Shown one piece after another: positions 24,914 through 37,400 of a stretch of 64,000 nucleotides of DNA. Made by a program: the position numbers and the translations under genes. The notes beneath the pieces were generated by a model that worked only from the letters and a program-made list of their open reading frames with translations, was not told the origin of the DNA and searched no databases. Source of the stretch: Zootoca vivipara (lineage: Eukaryota); assembly GCF_963506605.1 (NCBI RefSeq), contig NC_083289.1, positions 28,024,001-28,088,000 on the forward strand, written 5' to 3'. The number at the start of each line of letters is the position of its first letter. Position 1 is the first letter of the stretch.

Positions 24914-25416
24914 TTGTTTCTCTTTCCTAAAAGCTTGTTCTGAACTCCAGGAAGCTCACAAGTTGTAATGTCCTTCCAGTGTTTGCTACATCAAGTCTGC
25001 CTCCCTCTTGAAGGAACTGTGAAACGGAGCCTCCCGGGGTGCAGATGTAGAGATCTCCTGTCCTGAAAGCTGAGAGGGCGGGGCGGAGCAAAGATTTTTG
25101 CTGCTGCACCTGTTGCCACAGCGTCCCATTCTGACAGCACAGCCAGTCACCTCCAGCATCTAGCACCCAACTGCAACGGGTGTTGTCAAGCCTTTGCACA
25201 GGAGGCGTCACCATGCCAGGCCAGCCTGGTCTGGCCGGGCCTTTGGTGCCATACTGTCTTTTAGGAGCAGACAAATAAATAATGAATCTCTGGATCCTAG
25301 CGGCCTCCTGGTGCTGGGCCACACAGTGTCTGGTCTGGACACCAGTGGAGGAAGTGCTAACGTCCAGTCCGATGCTTGACTGGCCAGTGAAATCCAGTCT
25401 GGGCCAGTGAGGCGTC

Positions 25417-28400
25417 TTATCCGAGACGGAGGCGGAAAGTGGCAATCTCCATGGGGTCCAGGTGGACAGAGGTGCTGTTGGGGGAGGTCGTGGCCAGCGG
25501 GTACATAAGCGTCAAGGAGGAGGGCTGCAGGGATGCCAGTTCAAGGCCCTGGAAGAGGCCGCCCAGGGATAGCTGGGGATGACAACAAGAGGTCAAGAGA
25601 GGGGGGTCAGCACAAAAGCGGGCTCCAGTCCATGCATGCCAGAGGGAAGCAGTCTACCATTCCGTCAAGAAAGCAAAGCTCCTAGACACCAAAGCCCAGC
25701 ATCGTCGGCTGCCTCTTGCAGTAGCCCAAGGAACCCATCCTTCTACCCTCCCCACAGCACCAGAGCTCTTGCTCCCTCTCCCATGGGTTGCCCATTCCTG
25801 CCCCTCTCTCCCTCAGAGGCCCCATGGCATCTCCCCACTTACTGTGCCATGGGTGGTGGTGCAGTTGAATCCCAAGTTCCTAGCCTCCAGGCCACAGTCA
25901 AAGCCCTTTCGGTGCAGGATCAGAGCTGTCTCAGTGGAGGGCAGTGAATCGTCCTGGAGAAAAAGGCATGGGTTTTGGTCATAGAAGGGGACGGGGAGAG
26001 AAAGCAGGGCCCAGTGCAGGGGAGAAGCTGGGTCAGGGTGAGCTATGATTCGCACACTGGGCAAATGACCCTTTTTTGTCCCTTCCAATGCTACACTGGC
26101 TCCTGGTACATTTCTGAGCACGATTCAAAGTGTTGGTGCTGACCTTACATGGCCTCAGCCTATTATACCTAGGCCTTTTTCATAGTGGCACCTGCCCTGT
26201 GGAACGCCCGCCCATCAGATGTCAAGAAGATAAAGAACTATACAACTTTGAGAAGACATTGAAATCTTTAAGAAGGCAGCCCTGCATCTGGAGGTTTTTA
26301 ATGTCTGATGTTTTATTATGTTATGGAAGCCTCCCAGAGTGGCTGGGGCAACCCAGCCGGATGGGTGGGGTATAATATTCTTATTATTCTTACACTTCTA
26401 GAAAGCTGTGATTGATCCCCATCAGCGCCCTCCCACCCAGGGGGCAACTCACCTCTCCTTGCAGGGTGCGCAGGTTGAGAAGATGGAAGTCGCAAGGCAG
26501 GGGCCCCGAGAGGGGCAGGAAGGGCCTCAGGGTGGGGGGCGGTGGCTTCTCCTGGGCAACAGGCATGACCAGCACATCAGCATTTAGCTGCATGGAGGTC
26601 AGGTGGCTGAGCAGAGATGGGAAACTCGTTGCCTGGCCAGCCTCCGCCTGAGAAGGAAAGAAAGCCCAGCAATGACAGGCAGATGTGTGTCCCACCCCCA
26701 GGGGCCAAAGGTGCTCTGGGGGCCAGGAGGTCACCCACAGGAAGCCCACCCTCCCGCCTTCTAAGCTATGATGGCCACTGAGCTAGGAACCGGGCTACCA
26801 CACACACACGGGCACAGAGGTGGGCCCAGCAGCTACGTCACCACCAGCTAGCACACCAGACAGGGCCAGGCTTTACCTCTTGGCTGTTGGCCTTGTGGAT
26901 GGGAAAGACCAAGTCTCTAAGCATGGAGGCCAGTTTGGAAAAGAAGCTGGAGCTCTGGGTGGAAATGGGGGCAGGGAGAGGGGCGGTGAGAACAGCCATG
27001 TTACAACACGATCCGAAGGTGCACAGCCCTTGCAGAGCAAGGAGGCCAGGAACAGGCCGCCTCGCCTGGGCTGGAGGGACTCCTGGCATATGCGGGGGGG
27101 GGGAGGTCCCCCCCCAAAAAAAGTCCCTCTCTTTTACATGCTACTCAAGGCAACAGTCTGCTTCTCACTTCCCTTGTTTTGAAGCTGGCCTGCCAGGGGC
27201 TTCCTTCTGCTGACTCCATGGTATCTCTTCCCCTCACTGCTCAGCAACTTTCTCAGGCCGCTCCATTTCACACAGCCCAGGGCTGATCTCTGGAGGCATT
27301 CATGCTTCTCCCCAGGAGAGACTGACCACCCCACTCTCTCCACACTCAGTCTTCTACCTTTTCACCAGCGGCTGACAGGTGGGACCACCTTTACTTCTCT
27401 ACTGCAATTGTTCTGAAGGAGACCCTGCAGTTTGCCCCCTGAGAGCCAAAATCACTATTGCAAACACTGTTGGAATGTTTTGAATATGTATCATTCAGCA
27501 TTATTTTGTGCTTGCATGCACCTGTTTATTCTCGGGAGCCTTTCGGCTGAAACACAACAAAGGAATCCTGTCCCCAGGATGAAGAGACTCACTTCTCCTT
27601 TCTCTTCCCAAACAAAGCAGACAAAGATTGGAAGCATTTTGAGCCTAGCCTTTTTGATCTGTCTAAAGCGTTGCTGGAATGAAGGAATGGGTGCTCTGCA
27701 GTGTGTTGCAGGCAGGAGTTCCAAGGAAGAGCGAGGGAAAGGATAACATGCTGAACATCCTGGCCTGGAGGAATAATTTGTGCAATAGGGCAAATGTGGG
27801 GATTTTGAGCTAGCTCCAGGTTCCATCAGCCTGGGACAGGTGGTAGAACGCAAGACTTTTATCATGCGAATGAACTCCCAGCTATGAGATCATCCGTCTG
27901 GGAACTGCTGTGGCTTCCCAAACACAAAGGAAAATCCTTCCTTAGAGGTACTTGCAAGAGGTGCGGTGAGGGGCTGGTGCCCAGGAGACTGGCAAGCAGA
28001 AGCAACTCAGTGCCGCTCTTGAGCTGTAGCGCTGGCCTGGGCCCCGGGCCCCAAAGGAGCCTCAGATTTCGTGTCCTTCTGAACGTATCAGATAAGCCTG
28101 GATCAAACTCTGCACATGTTTGTTGACACTCTGAAAAACCCAAGCCAATTAGTGAGGGAGACACAGGTGCCTGGGCTGAGTGGCCAGGCGCAAGGGGTGC
28201 TCAGCACCCAGTCCTTGTACCTTGCTTGCTGCGCTGTGTCGCTCCAGGAGGAGGCGGAAGCGGTTGCAGGTCCGCTTGTTGTCCTTCAGGCCTTGTCCGA
28301 GGCCACGGTTGTCATCCTGCATGAGGCGCCGGTCCAGAATCACCTCCAGCTGGCCTGGAAGTTGAACCGGGGGAGGGAGAGGAAGGAAAAGGGGGAAAGT

Positions 28401-31400
28401 AAGAGGAGCTCCAACCTAGACAGGTGGCCTACTTCTGACACACAGGGGGGATCTTGCCAGCACAGAAGCAGCTGCTGAAGCCCCAACAAAGACCCCCTGC
28501 GGCTGACCTCCCATCCCACAAACTGTTCCTCCTCCCCACTCAGGCTTCTGGCTCAGTCCCAGGAGACCCTACTATCCCTAGACGTCATAAGAGTCTGCTG
28601 AATCAGGCCAGCGGCCCATCTAGTCCAGCATGTTGTTCTCACAGTGGCCAGTCAGATGCCTCTGTGGGAAGCCTGCAAGCATGATCCAAGGACAAGGGGA
28701 CTTTCTCCTCTCCTGTAGCCTCCAGCAACTGCGATTCGGAAACATTGCTGCCTCCAATTGGGGAGGCAGAGCACAGCCAACCTGGCTAGTAGCCATCAAT
28801 AGCCCTCTCTTCCATGAATTTCTCCAATCTTCTTTTAAAGCCATCTAGTTTGGTGGCCATCCCTGCCTCCCATGGGATAAAGCTTCACAGTTTGAATCTG
28901 CCTTGCAGGAAGGAGGACTTTCTTTCCTCTGTTCTGAATTGTCCAGCTTCCAGCTTCACGGGATGTCTGCATCCTAGTACCTTGGGAGAAGGAGAAGTCC
29001 CAGGCCTGGTGCTTCCCATCTGCAGCCACCCCAGGAGAGACACCTTTGCCCACTGTCCCAACCCGCTCACCACTGCTGAGGCTGGAGACGCCCAAGGCTT
29101 GGGCCGTGTGCAGCGTCAGGCGGCTCCGCGCATCTTGGATGTAGGCCATGACCGGCATGGGGTAGAAGTTGGCCTGGAGAGGCAGCTTCTTCAGGTACTG
29201 GCGGGGCTGGATCTGCCAGGAGAGGAGAGTGCTGAGAAGCCAAGAGGGCAGGCAGTCCCTCTCCAGCCTCTTCGCAAGGGCGGCAGGGTGTGTGTGTTTT
29301 CAGCCTCCCTCCCTGCCCATTACCTGAAAGCCATTCAGGTCAGTGAAGAAAGTGCCTTTGCTCTCAATATCTGTGCTAAATCGCAGGGCCAGCTCCTTGT
29401 TGATGTGGTCTCGGATGTCCACCAGGCAGGAGATCTCTAGGGACAGGCCGTCGACCCCTGCAGGGAAGAGCTCAAATCAAGCAATGATGGATGGGGAGCA
29501 GGGCTTGCTTGCCTGCCTGCTTATGAGGCAGGCGAAGGCAACCGCCTTGGTGACCAAAGTTCAAGAGGTGGTGGCCCCATGGGATCCTCAGCTGTCCCAC
29601 CACCTCTGTCATTGTTGTTGCTACTTTATGGCTGCCACCCTGGTAAGGGAGGCTTTGGTGGGGGCAGCACAGTGAGATGGGGCGGCACCTTCCCTTTTTG
29701 GCGGCAAAAGAGGATGCATCGCCCCTGAAGGCAGGGATGGGACAAGCTCTCCACTGCTGCTGCTCTCTCCCAGTCCCCAAAGCCCCTACCTGGCACGTTG
29801 TACAGCCGGACCACCTCCTGGATGTGCTGGTAGTAAATGGCCACCTCCGAGAAAAAGGGTCCCTCTGTCACCCGCACCACCGGGGGGTCCTTGGGGACAT
29901 AGGGCTGCAAGGGAGAGGAGTGTCAAGGAACTCTCTGCCAGTAGAGATTCAGCAGACGCCTCCCATGCAAACTGTTTAAACACCTGCTGAAAAGTGTTTT
30001 TTTTATTCTGCCAGGCCTATGCAAGCAATTCAGAGCAATTCCTTCCTCAATGATTACCTGATTGTCTGTTTTTAACTTCTGCTCTGCTTTCACAGTATGG
30101 TATTATGTATTTTTGTTGAAAACCACTTTGATTTTGATTTTTTTAATGAAATAGCGGCATACTAACTAACTAACCAGAACAGGCAGGAGTTCTTACCGGG
30201 GTAGGGTATGGATTTCATTTCCCACCATTTCTAAGCTGCCTTTTCTTGCCTCCCTAAATAACCCAGAAGGGTGTGACTAGTGTGGCTATGAAGGGACCTG
30301 CCCTTCATAGCCTGGACTGCCCGGGGTGAAGGGAGATGGAGCTGCCAAGGTGGGAATTTGCCAGGAAGAGACAAATATGCCCCTTTACCAAACATGGCAC
30401 AGGTTGCCTGGAAGCCCAAGAATGAAGCAGACAGAGAGGAACGTTGGCCCACTTGGGAGATTTTCAGGGGTGGAATTTCTGGCATGGAGGACTCCCCCTG
30501 CCTTAAAGGCAGGACTCCAGCCTGCCCTAATGTGGTCCCCTCCAGATGTTCTGAACTACACCTCTCATTAGCCACAGGGTACCGAATGGAAGTTCTGGCT
30601 GGGGCTGATGGGAACTGTGGTTCAAAATGTGTGGCCTGGCTATTTTGTCTTGAACGGTGTTTATAGTCCAAAAGAGAGGAAGTGGGCTATCTCTTGTGCC
30701 AGCCAGGACGATAATAATGCCAACCACAGAAAGTGAGACACCAACACCTGGTATAAGCTGGGAATAATTTCCCCCCAACTAGCCCACCTACCCAGGAGAT
30801 GTCCTACCAACCCCAGCCCCCACAGGGGCTCGCCCTGCCCAGACCTTGGCCTCTCCGTCAGGCAGGAAGAGGTAGGCACCGCTTTTGTCTTTGGTGCTCC
30901 GGGTCCCATAGATGAGGAACTGGCTGCTCAGCTTCTGCTCCTGGGTGTCGCCCGCCCGGTGCACACTCTGCCAGGGAACAAGTGGAGTCCTGGTGAGCAC
31001 AGGGGCCCACAAGGAGCCCTCCCTGTGGCCGTCAAGCTAAGCCGCACCTCTGTCCACTTGGTGGGCCCGCCCTCACCTTGAGGGACCCGCTGCCCCCAGA
31101 GAAGCAGGCTCGCATGTGCTGGTTCTCCAGGCAGAAGTCCTCCGTGGCCGTGGGGATGACCCGCACCGGGAAGGCCTCGTGCTTGTGCACGGGGAGGTCG
31201 CGCCCATGCAGGAAGAGGCGCGCCGAAGACTTCAGCGTGTTGTGGCTGTCAAAGGACTTACTCAGCTGCAGGATGTTGAGGCCCAGGGCCGGCAGGCGCA
31301 TCATGATGGACACCTGTCAATCGGAGCACAGGCAAGGGCAGCAGCAGTTCCCATTGCTCCTCCCAATCACACACATTTGATGCACTACAAGGGACCCAGC

Positions 31401-34400
31401 AGCAACCTTCAGCTGCCAGGTGAGAAGCAGAATTCCCTGTACAAATCCTTGGGAAAGGGGCATGCCGGTAAGGCTTAGTGCGCCCCAATGGCAAACTCGC
31501 AGGAGCAGCCCAATGGGAAGATGGGAGCCCGGCAGCATGGAAGGGCACCTGGGCACCTTCTCTAACCAATTTCCACCTCTGACAACAAAGAGCCTGGTGG
31601 CATCTAGAAGATTATCAAGCTATGGCCCTCCCAAGCCCCAGGTGGCTTAACACTGTTGTCCCCACTTCCGCCTTCCTTCCCTCCAGGCTCTACCTGGTAG
31701 ACATCCGGTGCCATGTCTGTGGCAGAGGTCCACTGGGCGCTGAGTTGCACTGCTAGGGGCTGCCCCTCCTCGTTGAGGACCCGGATACGAGGCGTGTTTA
31801 CCAGCAGGGACACAATGCTCAGCCGCTCCTGCTCCAGGGGGTTAAACACTACCACGAACCTGCAACAGAGAGCAGGGAGGTTGCAAGACTGGCCAGTTTG
31901 GCCCATCCCTCCCAGGCTCAAGTCCGTAACCCCATGATTTCCCAGCCCAGGGCCCAGGATACCCGCTTCCCTGCTGTGTCTCCTGCCTGCTCCCCACCCT
32001 CTTTTCTCAAGGGCAGCCCCCCCGCCCCACTCACCCACCTGGGTGTTGCATCCAGCTTGATGATGGTTTTCTCTGGCAGGGAGTCTTGATTGAGGCGGGC
32101 CTCATCCTGGAAGAGAGAATGGGTCAGGGCCGAGTGCCTGTGGGGTCTAGAAGCACAGGGTAGGACCTGGCTGGGCCCAGCTCATGAGCTGCAGCCCCCT
32201 TGCCATGGTCCCCTCTCCCTGGGGGCAGCAGAGCCAAGCCTCCCCACCCCTTATCTTCTAGATCGCTCCCTCTGGGCACAGAAGAGCAGGGGGCGGGGCT
32301 GTGACTCACTGCGCCAAGAAAGGGCACTGCCAGGTCGTAATGGTAGGCCTCCTTATCTGCCAAGACCAGGTAATGGGCAGCGTTGATGATGACCCGCTTA
32401 AGGTTCATTAGCGAGTGGAGCAGCCTAGAAGAGGGTGGGGGGAGAGAGAGAAAGATAACCATGAGGCCATGGGGCACAGAGCCCCACTGCCACACCCTGG
32501 TTGCAGGGAACCCATGTCAGGCCTTACCAACGCAGGCCAGGCCTTACACACACCTGACCCCATAGTCCACTACCACTGCCTCCTTGGCAGTGCCAGTGAT
32601 TGCATCGTGGTGCTGGAAGAGGCCCAGGTTGCGGCGTGCGTCCGTCAGCATGGCGTAGTCTGAGAGTGGGTACTTGCTGTCCATGCCGGCGTGGCGGGCA
32701 TGGCTGAGAGCCAGGCTGTACAAGATCTCGGCACCGCTGGGGGCAAAGATGAGGGGGGGGGGAGAAAGAGGTTGTGAGTAAACCTTGTTCTCCCAGGAGA
32801 AGATGCCAGGCAGGGAGTCTCCTCCCTCCCCTCTGTCACCCCCCCCCCAGGCCCCTCACCGGAGATGAGCCTCCAGCACCCTGCCCATGCTCTTGTAGAA
32901 GGGCCGTGAGGTGTAGTAGCCAGTCCAGTAGTGGTCCTCTCGGTCCGCGTAGGAGAAGAAGTCCCCGCTGACCACAGGGAAGCCGGGTGGGCGCATTCCA
33001 GGGACAATGCCCACTTGCTTGTACAAGGCGTCAAAGTAATCCGAGAGGGTCCCAAACTGTGCCTGTGGGGGAGGCATAAGCTGAAACCTTGGTGGGGGGG
33101 AGACACCCAGTACCTTGAGATGGTGACAGGAGAAGAAACTGCCCCCCAGAGCCCCAGAAGGAGACTCCGCCCCAAGGATCTGGAGTGAGGGGCTCTGCAG
33201 CAGCGACCCTTCTCCCAAGGGGGCAAATCACCCCACCCATTTCCAGGAAGCGCCCCACTCGAGCCAAGGTGGCTGTACCTGCACATGGAGATCCGGGTGG
33301 GCATTGAGGAAGTCAAAGAGGCGCTGGTAGTTGAGGAACTGAGCATCCCACTCCTGGGGCTTGTCGTAGCGAAAATCGTCCCCCAGCGGCACCAGGAGCA
33401 CTTTGCTGCGGTACAGCTTGGACTTCTTGCGGTACTGGTCAAGCAGGAGCTGTGCCCTGCAGAGAGGACGGGTGGTCAACAACCAGGACCAGGACATACC
33501 TGTAGGCCTGGCTGACATGGTCTGATCTTCATGTGCACCTCAAAGGCCAGAGCCAGAGAGACAGGTGGAGGCATCTAAAAACTATGGCACTTGCTGCCGC
33601 ATGAGGCAGTGGTGGCCACCAACTTGGACGGCTCTAAAAGAGAGTCAGAGAAACTCGACAGGGCAGAAGGGTCTATCAATGGGTGCTGGTCACAATGGCT
33701 ATATTCTGCCTCTGAATACCAGCTGCTAGAAAGCACAAGTGGGGAGAACGCTGTTGAGCTCTGGCCCTGCTTGGAGGCTTCCATAGGCACCTGGTTGGCC
33801 ACTGTGGGAAAAGGATGCAGGACTAGATGGGCCTGTCCGAGCAACCAGGCTCTTCTTAGGAGATGCTGGAATCAGAGGCAGTTGGTCAAACGGTCCCCAA
33901 GCACTCTGGGATCTGTGGGGGCTGCATCATCCTGGAGACACAGAACCCAGCTAGGAGAGCAGGGGGCAGGTGGTCAATGGAAGAAGCAAGTGTGTAAGCA
34001 GGCTTGGAAGGAAGGGGCATAGCTGCCAAGTTTTCCCTTTTCTCTCGAGGAAGCCTATTCAGCATAAGGGGAAATCCCTTTAAAAAAGGGATAACTTGGC
34101 AGCTATGGGAAGGGGGCAGGCCCACTTGGAGCCAAGGATGACCGTCAGAAGCCACTCACCGCTCAGCCACATTGGCACTGGTGATGGCCTTGGGGGGCAC
34201 TTTCCAGGGGCAGTTGATGCGCCCCCCGGGCAAACGTTTGAAGTCGAACTGGCAGCAGATCTTGGGGTCGGGACCGCAGGTGTGGGGCACGTCGTAGCTG
34301 TAGAAGGGCATCATGTGGCACAGGATGTCGGTGCTGGAGTCAGGATCTGAGGGGGCCAATGCCAGGGTCACTCTGTGCTGCTCAGTAAGGGCCCCAGGCA

Positions 34401-37400
34401 AACGGAGACTCGGGAACTGTCAGGAAGAACCTTCGCCTGCCACCCGCAATGCAGACACACCAGCAACACGCAACAGCATACACCAGGCAAGGGAGGAGTC
34501 CAGAGCCCCACAGAAGGTGTGTGTGGAGCAAACAACTCCCGGTGGCCGGTGCTGACTGCTGTGGGAGGAAGCCCCGACTGTGGGGGACGAGGGACAAAGG
34601 ACGCATTGGCCTCTAATGAGGGGGTGGAGGACACTGGCAACCAGCTGCTCCAGCTGCCAGGCTGTGAGGGGTTTGCAGGCAAGACTCTGCAGAGCCAAAA
34701 AGGGAGGTTGGGGCATAAACAATCCAGGGGCCTCCACTCACACACCCCTCACCCCAACTCTGCCGCCACATGAACTCCAGATTCTGGGTTGCTGCAAAAT
34801 GCTTCTTGATGGCGTAGTGGACCCGCTGGATGAGCATGCTGGTCAGATTGGCACGACGCAGCAGGTAAGGCATGGTGGAGCTGTGGCCAAAGGGATCCAC
34901 TGCCCAGCCAGAGCGCGGTGTCACCCCTGAAGAGCAAGGAGAAAAGGCAGGCGTCAGCAGCAGAAAAGGCAAGGGCCTGTGTTTCAGTCGCTATAACCTG
35001 CCCCACTTCAAACACACTTGAGATTCTGAAGAGCCGTGGGAAATGCCTTGTATCTTGTATCCTTTGGGTCTGGCAAAGCAGCAGAAGCTCTGCAGAACCA
35101 CACACAACAGAGGGGTTCACTATCCCCATCCAGTCTGCAGACCTCCATGGTGCTTCTCTCCATTCTATACCTCCCGCCACTCTCAGCGCTTCTGCCCGGC
35201 TCAAGCACTGGCTGTCAGCACAAATGTGGCTGGTGCCACCTCGCCACCCCTGATCTGCCCACCCCCCAAACTTGGCCCAGTCTGCACACAGCACTCACCA
35301 ATGTTCTTCTCCAGCCACTGGTGACCCTCAATGAGCTGGTCGATCATGGCAAAGTAGTGGGAATTGGCTTCATCTGGCATCACCCACCCGCCAGTTGCCA
35401 TTTCTAGCTGCCCATTGCCTACAAGCCTGTGAAGGAGAGGTCAAGGTCAGAGACAACCACCACTAGCAGCAGCAGCAGTAGCAGCAGCAGCCCAAGAGTG
35501 GACCTTCCCACAGAGGATGCAATCAATCAAGTCTGCCACATGAATGTAAAGCCTACTTCAGGATACAACACTAATATCTCATATCAAATGTACAGTGAGC
35601 GGGGGAAAGTATTTGATCTCCTGCTAAATTTGCCCCCTGACGAAGAAATGACCAGTCCATAATTTTAATGGTAGGTTTATTGTAGCTGTGAGAGACAGAA
35701 TAACAACAGGAAAACCCCTCAGAAACAAAAGCCAGAGATTGATGTGCACTATAATGAGTGAAATAAGTATTTGATCCCCTATCAACCAGCCAGATGTCAG
35801 GCTACCTGGTATCTTCACTGTATGTAACGAGCTGAGATTAGAAGCACCTGCTGTAAGGGAGAGGTCTTACCTGTAATCCCAGCTCGTTACAGTACCTGTA
35901 CAAAAGACACCTGTTGACACAGCTACAATAAACCTACCATTAAAATTATGGACAGGTCATTTCTTCGTCAGAGGGCAAATGGGCAAATTTAGCAGGGGAT
36001 CAAATACCTTTTCCCCTCACTGTAACTGATCTGTAGAAAAGACTTTATAACGTGAAAAAAGACTCAATGCACGTACTTTTGTGAATTGAGAAAATCTTTA
36101 ATAAAAATTATCTTCTTCTTTTTTTTAAAAAAACCCCTTACTTCAGCAGGACTTCTCATTTGCATGAAGTTTGTTCTTTCCATAAACATTTATGATATTA
36201 TTATTATTATTATTATTTATTAAATTTCTCTACCACCCTTCGTCCTTGGATGTCAGGGTGGTTCACAACTTAAAAATACAAGAGAAGAATACAAGGACTG
36301 TGTACACCACACCTTGAGTTATTTGGAGGAAAGGTGGGATATAAATGCTTTTTAAAAAATGAAAGAAATATTGTCCTAAACATCTTCCTACCAACCATCC
36401 TAAGAGTAGGGGAAATGATGAGTTAACCCCTTCCTCCCCTCTTGTTACCTGCGGACAGCAGCCCGTTTCTGGGCGCTGATGTTGTCCCACCATTTAGAGA
36501 AGAAGGAGATTTCGGACCAGATGAAGCGTCGTCGAGGATCCTCCTGCAGCTTCACCACCATGCTGTTGAGGATGTGCTGCGTCTGGTCGAAGTAGTACTT
36601 GTCAAATGTCTTGATCCAGCCTTGGGGAAGGAGAAAAGGTAACATCACTGCAGGCCTGTTTAGAGCAGCCTTCCTCAACAAATTACCCTCCTGGCACTTT
36701 GGACTACAACTCCCATCAACCCCTTGACGGCACAGCCAATGGTCGCCAGATTGGAAGAAGGTCAACATACCTCCTCCTGCACACATGCTTTGCTTCCTGT
36801 CTTGGGTTCTACAAGTGCTAGAGACTCTGAGGATTGTGGCTCACTGGGGTGAGGAGGTTGTGACTGAACCCCCTGCCTTCCCTGGAGATGCTCCTGGCTA
36901 CAAATGAGTCTCTCACCAAGCAATGGGGGAATGGTGCCTGCCGCCCCCCAGCTTGCTTACCTGGGTCATTGTGGGAATGTGGCACCACAAACACTTGCAG
37001 TGGTTCGGCGTCCCATTCATGTGGCTCATAAGTGATATCGAAGCCTTGCTTCCACACCCCACCATCCTGGTTGTCATAGGGGAGCAGTGCAGACACAGCC
37101 AACATCTGGGAAAGGACAAGAGAGTCAAACCAAGGCATAGCAATGAGAGAGTCTCCTTTCCGCCCACCCCAAGCCAGTCTGCCCTTTTCAGCCTCGCAGC
37201 TCAGTGCATCAGCTGCTCCCTTTGCCTTAGAAGGCCCTGGGTCCTGCTTGTAGGCTTCCCATCGGGGCATCTGGGTAGCTACCATGAGAAACAGATGCAG
37301 GACAAGATGGGTCACTGGAGGTGTAAATGATACAGACTGATACAGACTTTGAAAAGCTTTTTTTTTTTCCATGAATAATATTTATTTATTTTCCACTTCA

